Of a DNA stretch of 64,000 bases, positions 21,273 through 30,351 are shown piece after piece. The notes beneath the pieces were generated by a model, which was not told the DNA's origin, did no database searches, and saw only the letters and a program-made list of their open reading frames with translations. Each line of letters opens with the position of its first letter. Position 1 is the first letter of the stretch. The translations under genes were made by a program, and so were the position numbers. Source of the DNA: Candidatus Omnitrophota bacterium (GTDB taxonomy: Bacteria > Omnitrophota > Gorgyraeia > B26-G9 > JBDRCZ01); the NCBI GenBank assembly GCA_043821285.1, contig JBDRCZ010000019.1, forward strand, positions 2,234 through 66,233. Reading direction: 5' to 3'.

Positions 21273-22388
21273 TTACCTCAGTTCCCCCCGCCGGTATCGC
21301 ATTAACTTTTGTTTTTTAATATTAGTGATAACCTTGTATTCCAAAAAAGCTAATATTTTGCCATAACCACTGTTGCCAAAAAAATAACAGTAACAATGTT
21401 TCCTTACTAAAGATGTCCATCGCAGCTTATAGCGGTCCTTGTCGCCTAATAAATCATATTCATTAGCATTATTATCAAAACTATTTTTTATCACAAAAGT
21501 ATCAAGTAATACGCTCGGAGATAAACGGTAATATTTCTCATCAAAACCTGTCTTGAGCGAATAAATATTTTTTTTATAACGCAAACTGAATTCAAAAGCA
21601 ATCGGCCGGCCATTAATCTTTAATATCCAAATGTTCAAATACCCTTTCGATGACATGGCCTCAGCCAATAATCTATAAAAATTCAAGTCATTTGAATTGC
21701 TGGCAATCGCCGTATTTTTTTTGTATTTCCAGGTTTTCTCTGATACAGACATTAAATCTTTCATGCCTTCCGAAACATTATCTTTTACATACAGTATAAT
21801 TTCGTACCTGCCATAACGCCCTACTATATTCCTAACATGCCTCATGCTTTTTCGGAATGTTCTTGAGCGGGTCATTAGATAATCGTCCCAGTTTCTATCT
21901 ATTGAAATATAAGGGGATAAGATGCTTTGTTTTCTCTTGAATTTAAAATTATCTTCCTGCAGAGCTTCGAGCAAAAACTTGTCGGTTAAACACTCCTCCG
22001 GGATATAATCAAAAAAAATCATATCAAATTTAGCATTTGAATTTATGATATATTGCAATAAATGCCGGACGGCTTCATTTCCTTTCTTAATTATCACAAA
22101 TCCCACCCTGTTTGAATGGTCATTGCATATCAGGGTAATTGCCCTTACGGGAAGACCCCGGAATTTTATCATTTTTTTCATCAATGGGGCAATCGCGATA
22201 ATTTCACCACCCTGCTTAACGAGGATAATAAACATTTCATTTTTATCACCATAACACTTCCACCAGCAGGAAAACCATTCAAAGGTCATGAACGGTATGT
22301 CCATATCGCTCTGCGCCAGTAAATCATTCCATACTGATTCAAACTTAAGAAATTTATCAAATTTATCGATAACTTCTATCTGCATCAT
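21273..22388 (-). CDS. GNAT family CelD/BcsL-like acyltransferase
   Basis: PFMTFEWFSCWW, LSPSVLL and YDLLG..YKLRW motifs; paralogous to 16900-18042. Confidence 0.85.
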   Translation of the reverse strand: MMQIEVIDKFDKFLKFESVWNDLLAQSDMDIPFMTFEWFSCWWKCYGDKNEMFIILVKQGGEIIAIAPLMKKMIKFRGLPVRAITLICNDHSNRVGFVIIKKGNEAVRHLLQYIINSNAKFDMIFFDYIPEECLTDKFLLEALQEDNFKFKRKQSILSPYISIDRNWDDYLMTRSRTFRKSMRHVRNIVGRYGRYEIILYVKDNVSEGMKDLMSVSEKTWKYKKNTAIASNSNDLNFYRLLAEAMSSKGYLNIWILKINGRPIAFEFSLRYKKNIYSLKTGFDEKYYRLSPSVLLDTFVIKNSFDNNANEYDLLGDKDRYKLRWTSLVRKHCYCYFFGNSGYGKILAFLEYKVITNIKKQKLMRYRRGELR

Positions 22389-22397
22389 AATATCAAT

Positions 22398-23567
22398 TCA
22401 CCCGGATATGTATTTTCTTTTGTATCTTTTTGTATAGTCAACTATTTTTCGCTTTATTGCCTGGGGTATCGTCGGATTTCTTTGTGCGCCTAGGATACAC
22501 TGCTGGCAAATTTTTACTTGTTTATTTTTTATGGCCCTAAGAAAATCACGATGCCTCTTATTTTCCCATATTTTGCTAATCGACATCTCGCAGATATTTC
22601 CTAGATGATAATTTTGAAAAAATAAGCATGGCAAAACATTGCCGCTGGGGTCAATCGTAATATGATACCTTGAAATATAGCAGCGCTCATGCTGACAAGA
22701 GCCTTTAACCAAATCTTGTACACGAAAACAGTCAATATTATCTGTATCCAAATATATTTTCTCTCTATATTTCCTTTCTAATTCATCTATTTTTGTTTTT
22801 AAATAACGCGCCTGTTTTTCATTGAGAAGTAAACTATCATTTTGTCTTTGATAATACGGATTTGCTACAATATCTGCCACTTTTGACTGCTGGATAAGTT
22901 CCGGAGAAAATTCACCGTAATATTCAAAATGTAACTGATCCGCTCCCAAATCAATGGCATACGGTAAAAGCTCGTCAAACTTATCAATATTCAAGTTAGA
23001 CACGGTGCAATAAATACTAATTGAAGGATACGCACGCTTCCCTTTTATCCTAACCATCTCTTTTAATCCCTGCGTAGCTCTTTCAAAAATACCTTTTACT
23101 CCCCGGATATTATCATGTCTTTCTCCTACTGCATCAATGGAAACTCCGATATTATCCGCACCGGTTTCGACCAATTCTTTAGCTATTTCTTTAGTCAATA
23201 AATTACCATTGCTTGTAATATCGCAACTAATGCCTTTGCACTTGATATATTTTGCCAGGGGAAATAGTATTTCTTTTTTTAATAAGACATCTCCGCCAAA
23301 AAGATAAATCAGACCAATTTTAAGTTCCGCAAGCATGTCCACCGCTTTCTTCCATTCGGTTAAATCCATTTCTCGATAATCATACGGCCTCTTCCACATC
23401 TGACACATCTTACAGCGGGAGGAACACCGATAAGTTAAAAAAAATAATGCCTCACGAGGCTTAATCTGATAATAAGCAGCCTCTCTCTTGCCTAACCAGA
23501 TGATAAAATCAAAAAAATCTCTGATTACATTAGTCGTAAGTTTGAACCCGTTAAATATCTTTTTCAT
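22398..23567 (-). CDS. Radical SAM protein with SPASM/Twitch domain
   Basis: CSSRCKMC and C..G.VLPC..CQQC; start moved to MKKIFNG because the longer ORF traverses repeat B. Confidence 0.85.
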   Translation of the reverse strand: MKKIFNGFKLTTNVIRDFFDFIIWLGKREAAYYQIKPREALFFLTYRCSSRCKMCQMWKRPYDYREMDLTEWKKAVDMLAELKIGLIYLFGGDVLLKKEILFPLAKYIKCKGISCDITSNGNLLTKEIAKELVETGADNIGVSIDAVGERHDNIRGVKGIFERATQGLKEMVRIKGKRAYPSISIYCTVSNLNIDKFDELLPYAIDLGADQLHFEYYGEFSPELIQQSKVADIVANPYYQRQNDSLLLNEKQARYLKTKIDELERKYREKIYLDTDNIDCFRVQDLVKGSCQHERCYISRYHITIDPSGNVLPCLFFQNYHLGNICEMSISKIWENKRHRDFLRAIKNKQVKICQQCILGAQRNPTIPQAIKRKIVDYTKRYKRKYISG

Positions 23568-23624
23568 AATTATGTTAAACGCCCCGCCACAGACTCTTTG
23601 GCAGGGGAGCATAACCCCTACATT

Positions 23625-23777
23625 TAAACCTGAGTATTCCCTGTAGCAAGCTATAGGGTAAAAAGTTTTTGTTTTTTGCGAAATTGTCGAAGATCCGCCG
23701 TGGCGGGGCGAAGACAATTTCGCTTGCAGTTGTCGGAGGCAACTGACCGGAAAATGATTGCATTTTTCGTGTATGAA
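23625..23777. repeat. Repeat family B, copy B1 (153 bp, multi-hairpin)
   Basis: Reverse-complement match to 58778-58930. Confidence 0.9.
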
Positions 23778-23813
23778 CCCCCCTTGATAGCAGAGTGGCT
23801 GCATTTAACATTC

Positions 23814-24587
23814 TCAATAAATTCCAATTTTATTTAAACTTTTTTTAAACGGCAAAAACACATTTTCTCTCAATCTTCTCTTTAACCCATTTTTGTACCG
23901 GCTTAAAATATTTGACGGTTCTTCTTCCTCTGAAATCGGATAGGAATAATTACAAACAATAGCCTTAAACTTATCTTTTAGGCAACCGATAAAATCCGCA
24001 AATTCTTCTCTGGTTTCAGAAACGTAATCCGGTGAATATGCTATGTAAATATATTCCGGGATAGTGCGGCAATTATATGACAAAAAATCTTTTATACTTT
24101 TTTGCCGCTGTTGTTTTGTTTTATTCTTTAAAGCAAAAAAATCCCAGTCAATATCCAGATGTTCACCTTCTTCAAGTTCTATGGCCGGTGAATACAATAT
24201 TTCTGTGTATTTCAACGGATAGTTTTTTGCCGGCGAGAAAAACGTTTTTATCCGATAAGGAACCGCCGTCAAATCCGAGGTATATTTTACATGCGTCATA
24301 TCCTTATCCCGTCCGCCATAATGGTCATGTAACCACTTTATTTCTTTTATTATTCCATCCCGCACGGCAAGACTGATAAAATTACCGCAGTCGACTGTTT
24401 TTAATTCCGGCAAAATATACACAACTTCTCTGCTTTTGTTAACAAGCAGATGATGCATGTCACAGTGTGTATCCAAATGCAATATCTTAATGTTTTGAAA
24501 ACCTAATTTGCGCCAGAGGAAAAGTAATTCATGGTGATGCTCAACAATATAAATTACGGGTTTAATCTTCATCTTAGCAGTCATCAC
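23814..24587 (-). CDS. UPF0489/arginase-like fold protein
   Basis: VEHHH, HLDTHCD and LDIDWDFF motifs. Confidence 0.7.
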   Translation of the reverse strand: MMTAKMKIKPVIYIVEHHHELLFLWRKLGFQNIKILHLDTHCDMHHLLVNKSREVVYILPELKTVDCGNFISLAVRDGIIKEIKWLHDHYGGRDKDMTHVKYTSDLTAVPYRIKTFFSPAKNYPLKYTEILYSPAIELEEGEHLDIDWDFFALKNKTKQQRQKSIKDFLSYNCRTIPEYIYIAYSPDYVSETREEFADFIGCLKDKFKAIVCNYSYPISEEEEPSNILSRYKNGLKRRLRENVFLPFKKSLNKIGIY

Positions 24588-24617
24588 CTTTTAAGTTTTC
24601 CAGCACATCGCAAGTTA

Positions 24618-26033
24618 TCAACTCTCCAATCTCCTAAAATCATCATTAACCCTTTCAATATCATCCTCTTCGAGGCAACTTCCGCTCTGTACTTCCACGA
24701 TTTTCAATATTTTGTCTTTTGGATTTTCCAGCCGGTGAAGTTGCTTAGCGGAGACAAAAATGCTTTCATTACTATGTATGAAACTTACCTTTTTACCACA
24801 GGTTACCCTGGCTACCCCTTCAACAACAACCCAGTGTTCACTGCGAAATTTATGCCGCTGCAGGCTCAGACGTTTATGCGGCATTACCTCGATAAGCTTA
24901 ACCTTAAAACCCCGGCCGTGACTAATTACCAAATAATTCCCCCACGGCCGCTTTACTTTCAAGTGAGAAAAATGTTCAGATCCGCCGCTTTTTTTTACCA
25001 GTTCAACCATCTTTTTTACGTCTTCAGTTTTATCTTTATTACAGATTAAAATCGCATCATTTGTATCAACAATAATCAAATCCCGCAAGGCAATGGTTGA
25101 AATCAGCTTATTATCTCCAAAAACCGTAACATTCTTACTGCCTAAATCTATACAATTTGCCTGAATTAGATTACCCTGGCTATTTTTCTGATATAGTTCA
25201 TCAATGGCCAGCCAGGAACCTAAATCACTCCAGCCAATATTACCGGCGGTCACGATAACAGAAGAATTTGATTTTTCCAGTACTCCGTAATCTATAGATA
25301 TCGGAGAAAGTTTTGTCCACTTATGCTCAAATATATTTTTTTGGTCCAGTGTTTCTATACACCCATACAAGTCTGGCAAAAATTTTCTGATTTCTGCTAA
25401 AATTATCCCGGCCTTCCAGATAAACATGCCACTATTCCAGAAATATCTACCGGTCTTTAAAAACTTTCGCGCAAGCTGCGGATCCGGTTTTTCTTTAAAC
25501 TCACCTACCTGATAAGTGTTTTTTAACCCGGCGATCTTATCTCCTTTTTTAATATAACCATATCCAGTAGAAGGTGACTTTGGCTTTATACCCAAAGTCA
25601 CTAAAAAATTATTTCCTGCTGCCCGCAGTGCACTTTTTACAAGTTTTGTGAATTTACCGGTCATTTTCACGGCATGATCTGAAGGCAATACTATGATTAT
25701 TGCCTCGGGATTATCCCTGGCAATTATCTTTGCCGAAAGAGCAATCGCGCCGGCAGTATTTTTTCCTGAAGGCTCAAATATGATATTATCCTTGGAAATC
25801 CCAAAAACAGAAATCTGTTCTTCTAACTCAAATTTGTGCAGCCTATTTGCTACAATATATATCTTTGATAAATTAACTATAGATAAAATCCGTTTTATCG
25901 TCTGCTGGAGTAATGACTGATTATTGTACAGCTTTAAAAATTGTTTCGGCTCAAGTTCCCGGCTAAGCGGCCAAAACCTGCTGCCTACCCCCCCGGCTAA
26001 TATTACCGCGTATATGTGTTTTTTATTAATCAT
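24618..26033 (-). CDS. manC: Mannose-1-phosphate guanylyltransferase/mannose-6-phosphate isomerase
   Basis: ILAGGVGSRFWPLSR..PKQF, WNSGMF, SIDYG and cupin RPWG..SEHWVVV motifs. Confidence 0.95.
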   Translation of the reverse strand: MINKKHIYAVILAGGVGSRFWPLSRELEPKQFLKLYNNQSLLQQTIKRILSIVNLSKIYIVANRLHKFELEEQISVFGISKDNIIFEPSGKNTAGAIALSAKIIARDNPEAIIIVLPSDHAVKMTGKFTKLVKSALRAAGNNFLVTLGIKPKSPSTGYGYIKKGDKIAGLKNTYQVGEFKEKPDPQLARKFLKTGRYFWNSGMFIWKAGIILAEIRKFLPDLYGCIETLDQKNIFEHKWTKLSPISIDYGVLEKSNSSVIVTAGNIGWSDLGSWLAIDELYQKNSQGNLIQANCIDLGSKNVTVFGDNKLISTIALRDLIIVDTNDAILICNKDKTEDVKKMVELVKKSGGSEHFSHLKVKRPWGNYLVISHGRGFKVKLIEVMPHKRLSLQRHKFRSEHWVVVEGVARVTCGKKVSFIHSNESIFVSAKQLHRLENPKDKILKIVEVQSGSCLEEDDIERVNDDFRRLES

Positions 26034-26494
26034 ATCCAGCTCTCATGAATCTTCCCGGTTGTGCCAAAACTATCCGCATGTTTTTCTAATCAACCACAGA
26101 CTTTCACAGATTATTATTTTTTTAGCTACGGATTTACACGGATGTAGCACGGATTTTTTAAATAAAAAATTTTCTTCTGCTTGATCATCTCTCCTCCACA
26201 ATGCATTGGCGGATCTTTGATGTAGCAAAAAAACTACAGGGCATTATGCCAAGCTGATAAGGCAATGCAACACCGGAATTTTTTTATCTATTCGTAAAAA
26301 TTGGTGTCCTTCGATAGAATTTATCCTGAGAACAATCGAAGGACTCAGGACTTTTCTTAACACTGAGCGAAGTCGAAGTGTGTTATTCGTGGTGTAAATG
26401 TTTTTACCCTCGTATGTTATCCGTGTTCAATCAGTGTCAATCCGTGGCTTTATTGTTTTAAGGCCAAGTATCTATACCATCCGTGCGATTTTTT
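26034..26494. repeat. Composite intergenic repeat cluster
   Basis: IS1-like end at 26057, inverted 9-11-mer arrays, partial family A copy (26232-26290), REP-like palindromes (26306-26381). Confidence 0.75.
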
Positions 26495-27790
26495 TTAAAG
26501 TTTAACTATTTTTTTATCACTTATGTTTTTCAAGGCATTACGGGTGTCAAAAATAAGCGGGGAATTTTCGATAATAAAGCTATAATCAAATAAACTGTGA
26601 TCCGTCACGATAACCGCACAATCTGTCTTTCTTAAGAGTGCGGCACTAAGTTTTGTGTTTTTAAAACACAAGCTGTTAAATTCAATTTCCGGGACATGGG
26701 GATCACTATAAAAAACATCGGCACCTTTTTTAATCAGCTGTTCAATGATTTCTAAGGCCGGGGATTCCCGGTAATCAGAAACGTCTTTTTTATAGGCCAC
26801 TCCTAAAATTAAAATCTTTGCCTTCTTTAAACTTTTTTCCCGGTCATTTAATATATCAATAATCCTCCCGACCACATGTTCCGGCATTGAACGGTTAATC
26901 TCCGCGGCCAGATCAATAAATCTTGCTTCAAATCCAAACATCCGTGCTTTCCATGATAAATATTGGGGATCTATCGGTATACAGTGGCCGCCAAGACCAG
27001 GACCAGGATAAAATTTCATAAACCCAAACGGCTTGGTTGCCGCAGCATCAATGACTTCCCAGACATTAATCCCCATCTTATGGCACATCAGGGCAATTTC
27101 ATTGACCAGTCCAATGTTTACACTGCGGAAAGTATTTTCCAGCAGTTTCACCGCCTCGGCCACACGGGTAGACTCTACAGGGATAACCGCGTCAACACTC
27201 TGTTCATAAAATAACGTGGCAATCTTTGTACACTTTTTTGTGATCCCTCCGACAACCTTCGGGATATTTTTTGTGGTATATTTTTTGTTTGAAGGGTCAA
27301 CCCGTTCCGGAGAAAATGCCAGCCAAAAATCCGTCCCGGCCTTTAAGCCGCTTTTTTCAAATATCGGCAGCATCACCTCTTCGGTTGTCCCCGGATAGGT
27401 TGTACTTTCCAATATAACCAACTGCCCTTTTGACAAATATTTTGCAATTTTCTCCGTGGCATAAACGATGTAAGATATATCCGGCTCCTTAGTCTTACGC
27501 AATGGTGTAGGCACGCAGATATTAATCGTGTCTACCCTTTTCAAAGCATGATAATCTGTGGTCGCAGAAAGTCTGCCATCAGCAATAATACTTTTCAACA
27601 GTGAACTCTCAACATCATCGATATATGATTTCCCTTTATTAATGGCATCAACTTTCCACCTTTGCAGGTCAATTGCGATAACCTTAAATCCGGCCAAGGC
27701 AAATTCAACTGCTAACGGTAATCCAACATAGCCCATTCCAATTACCGCGCATGTTGCCTTTTTTGTTTTAATCTTCTCTATTATGTCCAT
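26495..27790 (-). CDS. UDP-N-acetylhexosamine dehydrogenase (WbpA/WecC family)
   Basis: GMGYVGLP, ICVPTP, ESTTYPG, FSPERVDP and GGHCIPIDP motifs. Confidence 0.95.
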   Translation of the reverse strand: MDIIEKIKTKKATCAVIGMGYVGLPLAVEFALAGFKVIAIDLQRWKVDAINKGKSYIDDVESSLLKSIIADGRLSATTDYHALKRVDTINICVPTPLRKTKEPDISYIVYATEKIAKYLSKGQLVILESTTYPGTTEEVMLPIFEKSGLKAGTDFWLAFSPERVDPSNKKYTTKNIPKVVGGITKKCTKIATLFYEQSVDAVIPVESTRVAEAVKLLENTFRSVNIGLVNEIALMCHKMGINVWEVIDAAATKPFGFMKFYPGPGLGGHCIPIDPQYLSWKARMFGFEARFIDLAAEINRSMPEHVVGRIIDILNDREKSLKKAKILILGVAYKKDVSDYRESPALEIIEQLIKKGADVFYSDPHVPEIEFNSLCFKNTKLSAALLRKTDCAVIVTDHSLFDYSFIIENSPLIFDTRNALKNISDKKIVKL

Positions 27791-27805
27791 TATTTCATCC
27801 TTTCA

Positions 27806-28015
27806 TTAATAAAAAAATTCCTTCCCGCCGATTATTTCAGTAAACAAGACCATAGGATATTGCACCGGCTCTATGATGTCCCTGATCACCAGAATTTTTT
27901 TATCCATTTGAAAACCTGCGGTTTTCAGACTTTAAATGACCCGCCAAAAAACATGGCGGGGAATTTAACAATGTCCATTCCCCCCGGTAAACACATAGGG
28001 AACAGGCACGTTTAA
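27806..28015. repeat. Repeat family A, copy A3, with family D palindrome inserted at 27932-27968
   Basis: 13-bp outer stem around a 69-nt loop, TTTGAAAACC-TGC-GGTTTTCAGA hairpin, GGGAACAGGCA tail. Confidence 0.85.
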
Positions 28016-28018
28016 AGC

Positions 28019-28825
28019 TCATAAATAGCGATAAATGTAATCCGGTACCGGATGCTCGACCTGTGTTAAAATAAACCCTAACACCTTTACCTTTGCCTGT
28101 TCAAGTAATGACCTGGCCTGTTTGACCATCCCGCGCTGAGTTCGGTGCAATTGTACAACTAAAATTGCCCCATCCGCCAGTTGGCCGATTATTCCCGGGT
28201 CAGTAAGCGGTATAATTGGCGGAGTATCAATAATCACATAGTCGAATTTCGTTCTAATTTCTGTTAGTAACTTTTTCATTTTAGCACTAGAAAGCAATTC
28301 CGCAGGATTATACGGCGGGATACCTTTTGTCAGAATTTTTAAACTAGTAAATGCCGTTTTTACCAATGCCTCTTCAATCGGAACATTTTCACATAATACC
28401 TCTGAAAGTCCTTTTGTAGAATTTATCCCTAACAGTTTCTCAATCCGGCCTTTCCTGATATCCGCGTCAATAAGCAAGACATTACGGTTATTCGGATCAA
28501 CTGCCAAGGCCATTGCTAAATTCAAGGCAGTTACAGATTTTCCCTCATTGTGAATGGAAGATGTAACAACAATCATCTTTGGCGGATTTGCTGAGTTTAT
28601 TGATTGAATGTTTGTCCGCAAAACGCGGTATTGCTCGGTAACCGGTGAATTTTTATCATGATAAACAATAACATGTGGATCAACACTGCTGTCTTTAATC
28701 ATATCACCAACCACAAACACTGTTTTTTCATTCAATCCCCCGCGCAAAATATTCAGACGTTCTTTTGTTGTCTTCCTTACCCCATCGCCTTTCTTCCCCA
28801 TTATTTTCTCCTTAAATAATGACAT
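28019..28825 (-). CDS. CpsD/CapB BY-kinase (Wzc C-terminal part)
   Basis: EQYRVLRTN, EGKS, LIDADIR and IIDTPP motifs; Tyr-rich C-terminus. Confidence 0.95.
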   Translation of the reverse strand: MSLFKEKIMGKKGDGVRKTTKERLNILRGGLNEKTVFVVGDMIKDSSVDPHVIVYHDKNSPVTEQYRVLRTNIQSINSANPPKMIVVTSSIHNEGKSVTALNLAMALAVDPNNRNVLLIDADIRKGRIEKLLGINSTKGLSEVLCENVPIEEALVKTAFTSLKILTKGIPPYNPAELLSSAKMKKLLTEIRTKFDYVIIDTPPIIPLTDPGIIGQLADGAILVVQLHRTQRGMVKQARSLLEQAKVKVLGFILTQVEHPVPDYIYRYL

Positions 28826-28919
28826 AATTTATGGCGCTGCCAAGCGACATAAATTATCTGTCATAATTTAATCCGCCAGCTTGTTAGGCGAATATTAAAA
28901 TGTTCCTTAAATGACCCGC

Positions 28920-29032
28920 AGTTCTGTCAAATACTTAACCACAGAGGTCACAGAGAGACTTGAGAACAAAACACTTATACCTGCCTGCCGGCAGGCAGGT
29001 GTGGTTTCTTTCATTTTATTTTTGACGTTACC
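28920..29032. mobile_element. IS1-like MITE inserted into a family D palindrome
   Basis: Ends AGTTCTGTCAAATA and (minus) GGTAACGTCAAAAATA; flanks TGACCCGC/TGGCCCGC (7/8 identical TSD); internal CCTGCCTGCCGGCAGGCAGG palindrome. Confidence 0.75.
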
Positions 29033-29061
29033 TGGCCCGCCATGGTTTTAGCGGGGGAACT

Positions 29062-30342
29062 TTAACTCATCAACGAAGTAACAATTCCTATTATAATCAA
29101 GCAAACAATAATAATTACGGCAACAATAATTGCTTTTTTCTGCTTTATTGCTTCTTTATTTACCTCTTCTATGGTGCTAATTTTCGAAATTGCTCCTAAT
29201 ATTGGTAATTCGAGTACGGTCTTTGCATCCTCTACCGATTTAAAAGAGTGGTCTGTATATTCCCGGCCAAAAACACATCCTACCCCTAAAAATCCACCCA
29301 AGACAAAACCCAAAAAAGAAATTATTAATTTATTAGGCTTTTTCGGCCTTAGCGGTATCCGGGCCGGATCAATTATCTTAAAACGTGTACCTTCACGGGA
29401 AGATTCTAAGCGCTGAGTAATCTTCGCCGTTTCCAGCCGCTCAAGCAGCATATCATATATCTTCTCATTAACCGAAGTATCCCGTGCTTCTGATGTCCCG
29501 AGTTTGTCAAGCATCATCAACGCATATAAATTTTCAGTGGCATTAGGGTCATCCCTGCTTAATGCGCTGATCACCCCTTCTTTTTCATAACGTTGTTTTA
29601 GCTTTTTAATTTCTTCGTGGATATTTCCATACAACGGACTGGCTTTAGAGATATTAGGTTCAGTAATAATTTCACTATTTAATTCTTCTTCTAAGATTTT
29701 GACCTTTTTACGTAAATCCGCTACCTGAGGATGTTCTTCAGTGACATCAGATAATAAATTATCCAGCTGTTCCTTATAACCGGCAAGTTCCGCTTCTTTT
29801 ATTTTGTGTCGATATACATTCAACTGGTCCTCAATGAACTTTATCGCGACATCCGCTTCTTTACCCTGAGATTTTAAGTGTTCTTCGATGAAAATATCTG
29901 TAATATTTCTTACGATCTGCTGCACGACCTGAGGGATTTTCCCCTGATAACTGATGAGAATAATTTCTGGTCCCCGCATTCTTACGGAAATATTTTTTTT
30001 TAAATCCAGAATAAGCCCTTCATATTCTAGAGGATTTTTTATCCCTTTATCCAGCTTTAGACGCTCGACCAGTTTAACCAACCGGTTCCAGCCTAAAATT
30101 TCTTCCTTGAGAGTCTGGTATCGTTGGATCACACTTGTTGAAACGGCAATCCCGCTGATCAAAGGATTTATAACCTTTTCCTCCTCAACCAAAATAACAG
30201 CATTTGATTCATATATTTTGGGCATAAAAAAACTTGCCGCGCTAAATAGCACAAATGTCACATACCATGGCACAAATAAAAACCACTTCTGCCTGAACAG
30301 AACACGGACATAATCTAAAATCGTCAAAGTATGTGTATCCAC
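29062..30342 (-). CDS. Polysaccharide co-polymerase (GumC/Wzc N-terminal, Wzz-like)
   Basis: N-terminal TM, EEHPQV coiled coil, FKIIDPARIP..KPN, LPILGAI. Confidence 0.9.
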   Translation of the reverse strand: MDTHTLTILDYVRVLFRQKWFLFVPWYVTFVLFSAASFFMPKIYESNAVILVEEEKVINPLISGIAVSTSVIQRYQTLKEEILGWNRLVKLVERLKLDKGIKNPLEYEGLILDLKKNISVRMRGPEIILISYQGKIPQVVQQIVRNITDIFIEEHLKSQGKEADVAIKFIEDQLNVYRHKIKEAELAGYKEQLDNLLSDVTEEHPQVADLRKKVKILEEELNSEIITEPNISKASPLYGNIHEEIKKLKQRYEKEGVISALSRDDPNATENLYALMMLDKLGTSEARDTSVNEKIYDMLLERLETAKITQRLESSREGTRFKIIDPARIPLRPKKPNKLIISFLGFVLGGFLGVGCVFGREYTDHSFKSVEDAKTVLELPILGAISKISTIEEVNKEAIKQKKAIIVAVIIIVCLIIIGIVTSLMS

Positions 30343-30351
30343 CTTACCTCC

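Noticed and set aside
23568-23804. N-terminal extensions of ORFs 22398-23804, 57749-58801 and 4308-6500, and ORF 58724-58984
   Set aside because: They read through intergenic repeats; downstream starts fit the domain boundaries, and in several cases SD motifs, better
26090-26450. Possible CRISPR array
   Set aside because: Repeats are short, degenerate and lack regular unique spacers; no cas genes are present
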